Origin: Gammaproteobacteria bacterium
Lineage (GTDB): Bacteria; Pseudomonadota; Gammaproteobacteria; Pseudomonadales; Azotimanducaceae
Direction: 5' to 3'
Length of the DNA: 54,166 bases
Assembly: GCA_018645845.1 (NCBI GenBank)
Contig: JABGVY010000132.1
Location: 1 to 54,166 of the forward strand
Part shown: in pieces, positions 26,204 to 35,331 of the stretch
Layout: the number at the start of each line of letters is the position of its first letter
Position numbering within the stretch: position 1 is the stretch's first letter
Notes under the pieces: generated by a model
The model's input: the letters and a program-made list of their open reading frames with translations, nothing else
What the model was told of the DNA's origin: nothing
Databases searched by the model: none
Made by a program: the position numbers and the translations under genes

Positions 26204-27199
26204 TTGACGTTTAAGATGCTGGATAATACGACACGCCTTTTAGGCCAGAGCAAGTTGATGAGCGAAGTACGTAACCTCGTTGAAAAGGTTGCTGCGAGTG
26301 AAGCCAATGTTCTGATTCTAGGAGAAACCGGTACAGGAAAAGAGCTTGTTGCCCGCAGTATTCATGAAAACTCAGATCGAAAAAATGGCCCCTTTGTACC
26401 CATTAACTGTGGTGCCATACCGGCAGAACTGCTTGAGTCGGAATTATTTGGTCATGAGAAGGGTGCATTTACCGGCGCGGTCTCTGCCAGAAAAGGGCGT
26501 TTTGAACTCGCAGAAGGTGGCACGTTATTCCTCGATGAAATAGGTGACATGCCGCTCGATATGCAGGTCAAGATTCTGCGGGTTTTACAGGAAAAAGTAT
26601 TCGAGCGGGTAGGTGGAAGCAAACAGATCGCTACCGATGTCAGAATCATTGCCGCTACTCACCAAAACCTGGAGTCACAGGTTGACCGGAATGAATTCCG
26701 GAGGGATCTTTACTATCGTCTGAACGTATTTCCGATTGAAACGCCACCACTTAGAGATCGCCAGGATGATCTGCCCATCTTAATCGATTCGATGGTAGCG
26801 CAGTTTGGCAGCGGCGGTGACCACATCTCGTTTGACGAAAAATCTACTCAAGCGCTGCAGCAGTGCGAATGGGAAGGGAATGTTCGTGAGTTACTGAACG
26901 TCATCGAACGTTTATCGGTTCTCTACCCGGCAGAGATAATTGATGTCGAGCGACTGCCTGCCAAGTATCGGCCTTCAGAGCCTTGTATAGATGTCGCGAC
27001 AGAGACATCTTCAGCATTGAACGATATGGCTGAAGAGGTCGTTGATCTAAAAATGACAGTTCAGAATTTTGAAGCCAGTTTCATTCGTAAGGCATTGGAA
27101 CTTACTGCAGGCAACGTTTCTCAAGCAGCCGCTAAGTTGAGCCTTCGACGAACAACACTCGTTGAGAAGATACGGAAATATGACATCAACTTTGCGTGA
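26204..27199 (+). CDS. fleQ: FleQ/FlrA-like sigma54-dependent transcriptional activator lacking the N-terminal (FleQ/REC-like) domain
   Basis: 331 aa from TTG 26204, or 327 aa from ATG 26216. The AAA+ domain begins about 12 residues in ([40 protein letters not shown]...[15 protein letters not shown]). A C-terminal Fis-type HTH is present ([23 protein letters not shown]). Upstream sequence has stops in all frames. Confidence 0.85.
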   Translation: MTFKMLDNTTRLLGQSKLMSEVRNLVEKVAASEANVLILGETGTGKELVARSIHENSDRKNGPFVPINCGAIPAELLESELFGHEKGAFTGAVSARKGRFELAEGGTLFLDEIGDMPLDMQVKILRVLQEKVFERVGGSKQIATDVRIIAATHQNLESQVDRNEFRRDLYYRLNVFPIETPPLRDRQDDLPILIDSMVAQFGSGGDHISFDEKSTQALQQCEWEGNVRELLNVIERLSVLYPAEIIDVERLPAKYRPSEPCIDVATETSSALNDMAEEVVDLKMTVQNFEASFIRKALELTAGNVSQAAAKLSLRRTTLVEKIRKYDINFA

Positions 27200-27268
27200 T
27201 GTGATGGATTCTTGACACTCTAGACTTTCCTCCTCCCTAAACTGCTGATTCTATTGCTCATTTAAAGT

Positions 27269-27284
27269 AGGCACGAGAATTGCA
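27269..27284 (+). promoter_or_regulatory. Sigma54 promoter of fleS-fleR
   Basis: AGGCACG-AGAA-TTGCA, 35 nt upstream of the fleS ATG. Confidence 0.75.
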
Positions 27285-27318
27285 TTTAAACTGACACAAT
27301 CCAACGAAAAGCCACTCA

Positions 27319-28467
27319 ATGGAATCGATCAGACACCCTACACCCGAGACGAGCTATCCAGCCTGCCTTTCTGAGTCACTGGAAAAACTGCGCCAATCAT
27401 ATGATTTTGCTTCAAGAGAAATAAACGATCTGATCACGGAGCGATCCCCTCAGCAGGTCTCGACCTGCAAGCCCCAACCTCTAGCTGATAGTTTGACCGC
27501 TCTGGTGAATGATATGCCGGCGGGCGTCGTCGTGCTGGACAGGCATAACAAGGTCTTACTCGCAAACCCGATGGCAATTATGCTCTTCGAAGTACCGCTT
27601 TTGGAGAGTGACTTTTTAGAGGTGATCCAGCAGACGGCTATGAGCATTGATGCTAGCGGTCAGCAGCTCAAGCTTTGGACCGGTCGAAGCCTGTCTATTG
27701 TTAGTCATGTTCGACCAACAATGGGTGACCAAATTGTCATTCTTAATGATGTTTCGGCGATGGCAGACTGGTTAGGTCTCGAAGGCGTAGGTCAATCTAC
27801 TGCGCTCATGGCCCATCAATTACGTACCCCCCTCAGCGCTGCCATTTTGTATCTTGGTCAGTTATCAACTGAATCAAAACAGGCTGAAGTGGCGGTTGAT
27901 ACTGTAGGGAAATTAGGCGTGTGCCTGAAACAGCTTGAATTTTTCATCAACAAGCACCTGGAAAACACTCGCTGGATAAACTGTCCGCTCAAAGATCAGG
28001 ACGTGTCGTTAAAGGGCGTGCTTCAAGTGTTGGAAAAGACTTTGGCGCCCATTGTTGAAAAAAGTGGCGGCCAGTTCAGCTTGGATTTACCTGATGAAGA
28101 CTTGGTTATCTGTAGTGATGAAGATGCCCTGTTAGCCGCTTTAACCGCGATCGCCGAAAATGCGCTGGCGATTGAGGACGGCGTTAGCTGCATGGTTTCA
28201 GCTACAGTGTCTGGTCGAGCGCTTGAAATTGCCGTCTCGGATAACGGCCCAGGTATCCCTAAGGAAAACCTGTCTAAAATATTCAATCCATTTTATACCA
28301 CTCGCCAGGGTGGCAGTGGCCTGGGGCTTACAATGGCTTATCAAATCGCTCAGCGCTTTGACGGTGATTTGACCGCCAGCAATAGGCCGTCAGGCGGAGC
28401 TAGTTTTCTTTTTAGGCTACCGTTGACGAGAGTCAGGTCTTGTCAGCAATCGCCGGCAGGGAAATAG
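27319..28467 (+). CDS. fleS: Cytoplasmic PAS-type sensor histidine kinase FleS/FlrB
   Basis: 382 aa with no TM segment. H-box MAHQLRTPLSAAILYL and ATPase boxes (DNGPGIP, TTRQGGSGLGLTMA) are present. It lies upstream of fleR. Confidence 0.85.
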   Translation: MESIRHPTPETSYPACLSESLEKLRQSYDFASREINDLITERSPQQVSTCKPQPLADSLTALVNDMPAGVVVLDRHNKVLLANPMAIMLFEVPLLESDFLEVIQQTAMSIDASGQQLKLWTGRSLSIVSHVRPTMGDQIVILNDVSAMADWLGLEGVGQSTALMAHQLRTPLSAAILYLGQLSTESKQAEVAVDTVGKLGVCLKQLEFFINKHLENTRWINCPLKDQDVSLKGVLQVLEKTLAPIVEKSGGQFSLDLPDEDLVICSDEDALLAALTAIAENALAIEDGVSCMVSATVSGRALEIAVSDNGPGIPKENLSKIFNPFYTTRQGGSGLGLTMAYQIAQRFDGDLTASNRPSGGASFLFRLPLTRVRSCQQSPAGK

Positions 28468-28497
28468 AAAGATAATGATTTTTCAGGGGCTGAAATA

Positions 28498-29829
28498 ATG
28501 AAGCAGCAACATAACGGCCAGATTCTTGTCGTCGAAGATGATACTACATTGCGTGCGGCGCTCTGCGACACCTTGAAAGCAGCTCATTTTAGTGTCCTGG
28601 AGGCGAGCAATGGGCAGTCAGCGTTGACAGTTTTGTCTAATGAGCAGGTTGATGTAGTGATTAGCGATGTGCAAATGCCGTCGATGGACGGGAATGCCTT
28701 GCTTGATAACGTCGTATCCCTATGGCCCAGCACGCCGCTTGTGCTTATGACCGCTTATGCAGAAATTTCTGCGGCGGTCAGCGCGATACATCGAGGCGCT
28801 GTTGATTATCTGGTTAAACCTTTTGAAGCAAAAACGCTTATCGATCTCATAAGCCGATTGGTTTCTGTGACGAAGCAAAAAGCGGTTATTGCCGAAGACC
28901 CAAAAACCCAGGCGTTAATGGATTTTGTCAGCCGGGTAGCAGCATCTGAAGCTAATGTGATGATCACTGGCGAGTCCGGTTCCGGCAAGGAAGTTTTCGC
29001 CCGCATGATTCATGATCAATCGAATCGCTGCAATGCGCCGTTTGTCGCTATTAATTGCGCGGCTATACCGGAATCAATGCTCGAAGCAGTGTTGTTTGGG
29101 CATGAAAAAGGAGCCTTCACCGGCGCAACTCAAAGCCAGCAGGGAAAATTTGAATTAGCCAACAAGGGCACATTACTGCTCGACGAGATTTCTGAAATGG
29201 ACTTGTCGCTGCAATCAAAGCTCCTGCGGGTTCTGCAGGAAAAAGAAGTCGAAAGGCTAGGCAGTCACACTGTGATTAACCTTGACCTTCGGGTACTCGC
29301 AACCTCTAACCGAAATCTGGTGGAGGAGGTCGCAGCCGGACGGTTTAGAGAAGATCTTTATTACCGCCTGAACGTGATTCCACTGGCAGTACCTCCGTTG
29401 AGAGAGCGGCCGGAGGATATTCTTCCGCTGGCAAAGTTCTTTCTTGAGAAATACGCCACGGGTCGCTCCTGCAATTTTGCTGAATCAGCAAAAATGGCGA
29501 TTCATCGGCATACATGGCCGGGGAACATTCGTGAGTTGGAAAACGTTGTTCAAAGAGCCCTGGTGATGCAGGTAGGTGAGAGTATCACGGCGGAGGATCT
29601 GCACTTTTCACAGATACCGGGTGGTCAGCAGGATCAATCGGTTTCTGAAACTGGCGCCGGGAATAAATCTGAAACAGGCTTAAAGGGTAATGAGCAAAAC
29701 CTGATTTTAGAAGTATTGCGTGAGGAAAGAGGCAGCCGCAAAGATACAGCAGAAAGATTGGGCATTAGCCCTAGAACCCTTAGGTACAAACTGGCGAAGT
29801 TCAAGGAATTGGGTGTAGAGGTTCCTTAG
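28498..29829 (+). CDS. fleR: Sigma54-dependent response regulator FleR/FlrC
   Basis: 443 aa. It has a REC domain (VVISDVQMPSMDG), an AAA+ domain ([20 protein letters not shown]) and a C-terminal HTH (DTAERLGISPRTLRYKL). Confidence 0.9.
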   Translation: MKQQHNGQILVVEDDTTLRAALCDTLKAAHFSVLEASNGQSALTVLSNEQVDVVISDVQMPSMDGNALLDNVVSLWPSTPLVLMTAYAEISAAVSAIHRGAVDYLVKPFEAKTLIDLISRLVSVTKQKAVIAEDPKTQALMDFVSRVAASEANVMITGESGSGKEVFARMIHDQSNRCNAPFVAINCAAIPESMLEAVLFGHEKGAFTGATQSQQGKFELANKGTLLLDEISEMDLSLQSKLLRVLQEKEVERLGSHTVINLDLRVLATSNRNLVEEVAAGRFREDLYYRLNVIPLAVPPLRERPEDILPLAKFFLEKYATGRSCNFAESAKMAIHRHTWPGNIRELENVVQRALVMQVGESITAEDLHFSQIPGGQQDQSVSETGAGNKSETGLKGNEQNLILEVLREERGSRKDTAERLGISPRTLRYKLAKFKELGVEVP

Positions 29830-29856
29830 TCGCTGCGTTTTTGACATATGGAGTAG

Positions 29857-30183
29857 ATGAAAATGAGTTCTGTGGAAATAAATAGCGTTCTCGCACAGAT
29901 GCGAGCCCTGGAGTCATCCATTGATATGGGTGTCGGGCAAGAGTCCCAATCCATTGGCAGGGCGGATTTCAGTCAAGTGCTTCACAATTCGTTGACAGCG
30001 GTCAGCGAAACGCAAAAAAATTCGGCGGATCTATCGTTAGCTTTTGCGGCAGGCGATCCTAATGTGGAACTTTCTGAAGTTATGGTAGCGATGCAGAAGG
30101 CCAGTTTGTCTTTTGAAGCCACAACTCAAGTGCGAAACAAACTCTTAAGCGCTTATAAAGAAGTCATGAATATGACTGTTTAG
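29857..30183 (+). CDS. fliE: Flagellar hook-basal body complex protein FliE
   Basis: 108 aa. DFSQVLHNSL...VMVAMQKASLSFEATTQVRNKLLSAYKEVMNM is the FliE signature. Confidence 0.9.
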   Translation: MKMSSVEINSVLAQMRALESSIDMGVGQESQSIGRADFSQVLHNSLTAVSETQKNSADLSLAFAAGDPNVELSEVMVAMQKASLSFEATTQVRNKLLSAYKEVMNMTV

Positions 30184-30222
30184 GCACTAAAACAATAACG
30201 TTCTAATAAAGATTGAAGGCAT

Positions 30223-31836
30223 ATGGCAGAAAATACACCAAGTACAGCGTTACAACAGTTCGAACAAATCAGCCAAATTTCAGCAGTTAGGCAAGTAGGC
30301 CTATTGCTGGGCCTTGCGGCGAGTATCGCCATAGGTGTGGGTGTTGTGTTTTGGGCGCAAGGCCCAGACTACAGTCCTTTATATGCCGACTTAACGGCTA
30401 ACGATGCATCGCAGATAATAACGCAGCTCGAGCAAAGTAACGTCGATTACGTCTATGAACCTAACAGCGGCATGATTTCTGTTGCTGCGGGTGAAATTCA
30501 TCAGGTCAGAATGAGACTAGCGAGTGCGGGATTGCCGCGCAGCAGCAGTCGCGGGTTTGATATTTTGCAGGACGATCAATCGATAGGTACTAGCTCTTTT
30601 ATGGAGACAGCTCGATTTGACCGAGCCTTGGAAGAGGAGCTTGCTCTATCTATACAGGAACTTGACAGCGTTCAGAGCGCAAGAGTACATCTGGCAATAC
30701 CTAAGCAAACAGCCTTTATGCGCAGCCGATCAAAGCCGAATGCTTCGATCGTCGTTGGTTTGTACCCTGGTCGTGTGATGGGGGAAGGGCAAGTGGCAGC
30801 GATTGTTTATCTTGTAGCGTCAAGCGTAAGTGATTTGGAGCCAGAAGGTGTAACGCTCATTGACCAAAGAGGAAGCCTTTTGTCATCGCGAAGTAGCTCT
30901 CCTGACCTAATGCTGAGTAATGAACAATTTAGATTCAGGCGACAAATAGAAGACAGCTACATGCAGCGTATCAATGACATGTTGATACCAATAGTGGGTA
31001 ACGACAAGGTTCGAGTTCAAGTCACTGCAGAAGTTGACTTCACTTCCGAAGAACGAACTGAAGAGCAGTATTCTGATAAACCCGCGTCTGTTAGAAGCGA
31101 ACAGACCCTGGAAGAGCAATCGGCACAAGCAACAGCTTCAGGTATACCGGGTACGCTATCTGCAACCGCGCCAGGAGCAGCGGCTGAAGAAGGAAACGAA
31201 AGCGCACAGGGAACATCTTCACCGACGCGAAAGTCAGTGCGCACCTCCAGGAATTATGAACTTGACCGAATTGTCCGGCACGTAAAACAGGGTGCTGGGC
31301 GAGTAGAAAGACTGGCGGTCGCGGTGGTTCTTGATAACAAAATGGCGCCCGGGGCTGAGGGTGAGGCCATGGTTGCCACTGCACTCAGCCAAGAGGAGCT
31401 CCAGGAGATAGAAAACCTCGTTAAAGAAGCCGTTGGCTTCAGTGCTGCACGAGGAGATACGGTGACTGTGTCGAATATGCGTTTCGCGACACCTGAACCC
31501 TTCGACGTGATTGAGGAATCTATTATGGATTCGCCTCAGCTCTGGTCCGGGTTGAAGATACTGGCCGGCTTTATAGCGTTGATTGTATTGATACTCTCGG
31601 TGCTACGACCTGCCTTAAGAAACCTATCAGAATCAAGTGGGCGCGCCTTGGAAGCCAGCCAGACCTTACAGCACCAACAGCAAAACAATTTGGCGCTCCA
31701 GGGGCTTGATGGCCAGACGATGGCTCCAGCGCAACAAACCTACGACCTGAAACTGAGTCGGGCGCGAACGATGGTAAACGATGAGCCTACGCGAGCATCA
31801 AATGTAATTAAGTCATGGGTGGGTGAAGATGCCTGA
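30223..31836 (+). CDS. fliF: Flagellar MS-ring protein FliF
   Basis: 537 aa. An N-terminal TM segment is followed by LYADLTANDASQIITQLEQSNVDYVYE and ARVHLAIPKQTAFMR. A second TM segment lies near the C-terminus. Confidence 0.9.
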   Translation: MAENTPSTALQQFEQISQISAVRQVGLLLGLAASIAIGVGVVFWAQGPDYSPLYADLTANDASQIITQLEQSNVDYVYEPNSGMISVAAGEIHQVRMRLASAGLPRSSSRGFDILQDDQSIGTSSFMETARFDRALEEELALSIQELDSVQSARVHLAIPKQTAFMRSRSKPNASIVVGLYPGRVMGEGQVAAIVYLVASSVSDLEPEGVTLIDQRGSLLSSRSSSPDLMLSNEQFRFRRQIEDSYMQRINDMLIPIVGNDKVRVQVTAEVDFTSEERTEEQYSDKPASVRSEQTLEEQSAQATASGIPGTLSATAPGAAAEEGNESAQGTSSPTRKSVRTSRNYELDRIVRHVKQGAGRVERLAVAVVLDNKMAPGAEGEAMVATALSQEELQEIENLVKEAVGFSAARGDTVTVSNMRFATPEPFDVIEESIMDSPQLWSGLKILAGFIALIVLILSVLRPALRNLSESSGRALEASQTLQHQQQNNLALQGLDGQTMAPAQQTYDLKLSRARTMVNDEPTRASNVIKSWVGEDA

Positions 31837-32842
31837 AGCTGATTCAAATTTAACAGGCTCTCAACGGGCTGCAGTTTTCTTACTAAGCCTGGGCGAAGAG
31901 TCTGCGGCGAAAGTTTTAAAATACCTGGAACCCAGAGAAGTTCAAGCTGTCGGTAAAGCGATGACAGAGATCACCTCGGTGGATAAAGACAAACTTAATG
32001 GTGTAGTTGATAGCTTTCTGAATGTGGCAATGGAAGGAACATCCATGGGGATGAGCCCGACTAACTACGTGAAGCGAACCCTGACGGAAGCGTTAGGTGA
32101 AAGCAGGGGCAGCCGAATGATCAATCGTATTTTGAAAGGTTCGGATAACTCAGCGGGTCTTGATTCACTGAAGTGGATGGATACTGAATCGGTCGCTGCC
32201 TTGCTTCGTAATGAGCATCCTCAAATTTGTGCGATTATGCTTTCTTCCCTCGATGGTGACCATGCTGCAGAAGTTTTGAAGCTGCTCCCTGAAGACGTAG
32301 TCCCTGATGTAATGATGAGAGTCGCCAACCTTGACCAGATTCAGCCTCAAGCATTGGCGGAGCTAGATGAAATTGTTCAGACCCAACTCGAAGAGCAGGC
32401 TCTGACGCCGGCCTCTAAAGTCGAGGGTGTCAGCGTCGCAGCAAATATTATGGGCTTTCTTGATTCGGAGATGGAAGCAAAAATTTTCGAAGAAATTCAA
32501 CATTCAAATGCCGAGCGAGCGCTAGAGGTCAGGGACAAGATGTTTATCTTTGAAGATCTCTTGCTTGTTAGCGATATGGATATGCAGCGATTGTGTCGCG
32601 ATATTGACGACGATAAAAAAGTGGTTGCTCTCAAGGGAGCTACAGATGAGATGTTGCAGAAGTTTCTAAAAGGCATGTCAAAACAACAGGGCGAAATTTT
32701 AATAGAAGAATTGGAAATAAAAGGCCCCGTAAAGCTAAAAGAAGTCGAAGAAGTGCAAAAAGAAATACTTACGATTTCTCAGAAGCTAGCTGAAGAGGGA
32801 GAGATCGTCATCATGGGTAGAGGAAAAGAAGAGTATGTCTAG
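31823..32842 (+). CDS. fliG: Flagellar motor switch protein FliG
   Basis: 339 aa. LTGSQRAAVFLLSLGEESAAKVLKYLEPREVQAVGKAM, and C-terminal ...ILTISQKLAEEGEIVI. Confidence 0.95.
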   Translation: MKMPEADSNLTGSQRAAVFLLSLGEESAAKVLKYLEPREVQAVGKAMTEITSVDKDKLNGVVDSFLNVAMEGTSMGMSPTNYVKRTLTEALGESRGSRMINRILKGSDNSAGLDSLKWMDTESVAALLRNEHPQICAIMLSSLDGDHAAEVLKLLPEDVVPDVMMRVANLDQIQPQALAELDEIVQTQLEEQALTPASKVEGVSVAANIMGFLDSEMEAKIFEEIQHSNAERALEVRDKMFIFEDLLLVSDMDMQRLCRDIDDDKKVVALKGATDEMLQKFLKGMSKQQGEILIEELEIKGPVKLKEVEEVQKEILTISQKLAEEGEIVIMGRGKEEYV

Positions 32843-33437
32843 CGTGGATTCTGAAGCCGTTAGATGGCAGGGCCCTGAGTTAAAAATTAGCGATCAAGCC
32901 TCGTTGGGTGAGCTGGACCCGGAGGCGATTCGCGAGGCTGCGTACACCGAGGGCCTGGCTCTGGGCGTAAAAGAAGGAGAAAAGCAGGGGGAGGCGAAGT
33001 TTGCTGCATCTATCGCGACCCTGGGTGCGTTGCTCGAAGGCATTCAGGAGCCTCTTCGAAAAATGGATGACGATTTGGCCAAGGCATTGTCGCTGCTGGT
33101 TGCAAAAATTGCGGTGCAATTAGTTCGTGGCCAATTGAGTGTTGACGAATCTATGCTGATGGAGCGTTTTCGTATTGTCGCTAACTCACTGCCCCAGTCA
33201 GACGCGATACCTACTTTGTTCTTATCCCCCTCAGATCATCAAATTGTCTCCAACCACTTTGAATCCACGAAAGGCGTCGACCAGGAAGAAGCCTGGGTAC
33301 TCGAAATGAGCCCGGACCTCGAGCCGGGTGATTGTCGTATAGTTTCCGGTGATTCAGCGATCGAAGCCTTGCTGTTAAAAGAAGCGGAAGAGATTGTTTT
33401 AGCGGCGAATAAAAAAAGAGTTGCTTCGGATGAGTGA
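32835..33437 (+). CDS. fliH: Flagellar export apparatus protein FliH
   Basis: 200 aa, located between fliG and fliI. The middle is acidic and helical, with a FliH-like C-terminus (GDCRIVSGDSAIEALL). Confidence 0.8.
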   Translation: MSSVDSEAVRWQGPELKISDQASLGELDPEAIREAAYTEGLALGVKEGEKQGEAKFAASIATLGALLEGIQEPLRKMDDDLAKALSLLVAKIAVQLVRGQLSVDESMLMERFRIVANSLPQSDAIPTLFLSPSDHQIVSNHFESTKGVDQEEAWVLEMSPDLEPGDCRIVSGDSAIEALLLKEAEEIVLAANKKRVASDE

Positions 33438-34833
33438 TAAACAAGAGTCAGACTTCTTGCAGAGTCGTACCCAGAGAATAACTAGTCAGATAAGCCGATT
33501 GGGACAAAATATAGCTCCTCATCGGTATCAGGTCGAAGGTCGCCTTAGTAAGGTCGTTGGTCTTCGTCTCGAAGCAAGAGGGTGCCAGGCGCCTGTGGGC
33601 GGGCGGTGCCAGATCATTCCGCCGGTGGGTGCAGAAATCGATGCCGAGGTCGTGGGTTTCGCAGAAGATAAGATTTTTCTGATGCCTACCGATAGTGGGC
33701 TGGGGCTTACGCCGGAAGCGCGAGTTCTTCCTATTCCGCATAGCCAGAAGGCCGAGGTCGGTTTTCCGTTGCTTGGCCGAGTTATCGATGGAGCCGGTAA
33801 CCCATTAGACAGTGCCGGCCCGATTATACTGGATCATGCCGTACCGCTTGCCGGTACGCCTATTAATCCACTATCCAAAGCTTCCATTGAGGAGCCTCTT
33901 GACGTGGGTATTCGCTCGATCAATGCGCTCCTAACGATAGGTCGGGGTCAACGACTGGGACTTTTTGCAGGCAGTGGTGTCGGTAAAAGTACGTTACTAG
34001 GACAAATGACCCGACATACCGAGGCTGAAATAGTTGTTGTTGGTCTAATCGGCGAACGAAGCCGTGAGGTACGTGATTTTATTCAACAGACGCTCGGGGC
34101 TGAAGGCATGAAGCGTGCCGTTGTGGTTGCGACGCCCGCTGATTCAGCACCCTTAGCGAGACTTCATGGTGCTATGAGAGCAACCGCGATCGCCGAATAT
34201 TTTCGAGAACAGGGTAAAAACGTCCTGTTACTCATGGATTCGTTGACCCGTTTTGCGCAGGCCCAGCGCGAGATAGCGCTGAGCATTGGCGAGATGCCGG
34301 TTGCGAGAGGCTACCCGCCGTCAGTCTTCGCTAAATTACCGCAACTGGTCGAAAGAGCAGGTAACGGTGATGACCGCGGTGGTTCAATAACCGCTATTTA
34401 TACCGTTTTGGCAGAGGGTGATGATCAGGACGACCCTATCGTTGATGCTGCACGAGCAATTCTAGATGGCCACATTGTTTTATCTCGAGGGCTAGCGGAA
34501 TCAGGCCTTTATCCGGCTATCGACATTGAGTCTTCAGTGAGCAGATTGATGACACAAATTACTGATCCGGCACAGCAAAAGTCTGCGCAGAGGTTCCTGC
34601 AGCTCATGTCGACGTACACCCAAAACCAGGACTTGATCAATGTGGGGGCCTACAACCCGGGCACTGATGCAGAAATTGATATTGCTGTCTCAATGAGACG
34701 TCAGTTGCTGGATTTTTTACGACAAGGGGTTGACGACAGAATCGACATGGGTGCGAGCTGTGATGCGCTGGCTGCCTTGTATCATCAAAGTATTGGTCAA
34801 TTAAACGAGGGCGTACATCATGACGCAGAGTAA
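33430..34833 (+). CDS. fliI: Flagellum-specific ATPase FliI
   Basis: The tracked ORF starts at TTG 33421; the ATG at 33430 overlaps the fliH stop. Walker A is GSGVGKST. T3SS-ATPase motifs are present (LLMDSLTRFAQAQREIALSIGE, PPSVF). Confidence 0.95.
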   Translation: MSDKQESDFLQSRTQRITSQISRLGQNIAPHRYQVEGRLSKVVGLRLEARGCQAPVGGRCQIIPPVGAEIDAEVVGFAEDKIFLMPTDSGLGLTPEARVLPIPHSQKAEVGFPLLGRVIDGAGNPLDSAGPIILDHAVPLAGTPINPLSKASIEEPLDVGIRSINALLTIGRGQRLGLFAGSGVGKSTLLGQMTRHTEAEIVVVGLIGERSREVRDFIQQTLGAEGMKRAVVVATPADSAPLARLHGAMRATAIAEYFREQGKNVLLLMDSLTRFAQAQREIALSIGEMPVARGYPPSVFAKLPQLVERAGNGDDRGGSITAIYTVLAEGDDQDDPIVDAARAILDGHIVLSRGLAESGLYPAIDIESSVSRLMTQITDPAQQKSAQRFLQLMSTYTQNQDLINVGAYNPGTDAEIDIAVSMRRQLLDFLRQGVDDRIDMGASCDALAALYHQSIGQLNEGVHHDAE

Positions 34834-35266
34834 TCGATTAATGCAGTTGCTCGAAATCGAGCAAAGGCATGAGGAGCAAGCAGGTGAAATTCTGCAGAAT
34901 TGTAAGCATTCCTATCAATTAGCGAGTGACATGCTCGAACAACTGGTTGAGCACAAAGAGCGCTATATGAGCAAATTGACCCGAAGTAGGTCCGTGGGAG
35001 CGACGCCGGAGGAGATGCGAAACTTTGCGAAATTCTTGTCGTCTATCGAAGAGGCGCTGCAGCAGCAGCAACGGCAAATCGATGCTGCATCAAGAGATTT
35101 AGAAAAGAGCCGTATGAACTGGCAAGCGAAGCATCAACGTTGTAGTTCGTTGAGCAAGTTGATCTCCCGTCATCAGAAAAAAGAAGCTGATGACCGCCGG
35201 AAGACCGCAGAGAGAAGACTTGATGAATCGTTCAGCACCAGGTTGCATCAAAGCGACGCTACTTAA
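34820..35266 (+). CDS. fliJ: Flagellar export protein FliJ
   Basis: 148-aa coiled-coil protein overlapping the fliI end, in the conserved fliI-fliJ-fliK position. Confidence 0.8.
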   Translation: MTQSNRLMQLLEIEQRHEEQAGEILQNCKHSYQLASDMLEQLVEHKERYMSKLTRSRSVGATPEEMRNFAKFLSSIEEALQQQQRQIDAASRDLEKSRMNWQAKHQRCSSLSKLISRHQKKEADDRRKTAERRLDESFSTRLHQSDAT

Positions 35267-35283
35267 TTGGCCAACCTTGCTGT

Positions 35284-35299
35284 TGGCACGAATTCTGCT
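35284..35299 (+). promoter_or_regulatory. Sigma54 promoter of fliK
   Basis: TGGCACG-AATT-CTGCT in the fliJ-fliK spacer. The predicted TSS near 35310 favours ATG 35332 over TTG 35314 as the fliK start. Confidence 0.65.
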
Positions 35300-35331
35300 A
35301 TTAACAAGTATACTTGTCGAGAACGATCATT

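Noticed and set aside
25756-26214. A 152-aa ORF spanning both 240-bp repeat units, considered as a real protein gene.
   Set aside because: Not fully excluded; it is discussed in the findings. I do not annotate it as a CDS for three reasons. Nucleotide conservation extends upstream of the ATG and collapses inside the frame. The two peptide halves differ mostly by non-conservative changes. No SD is present, so it would have to be leaderless.
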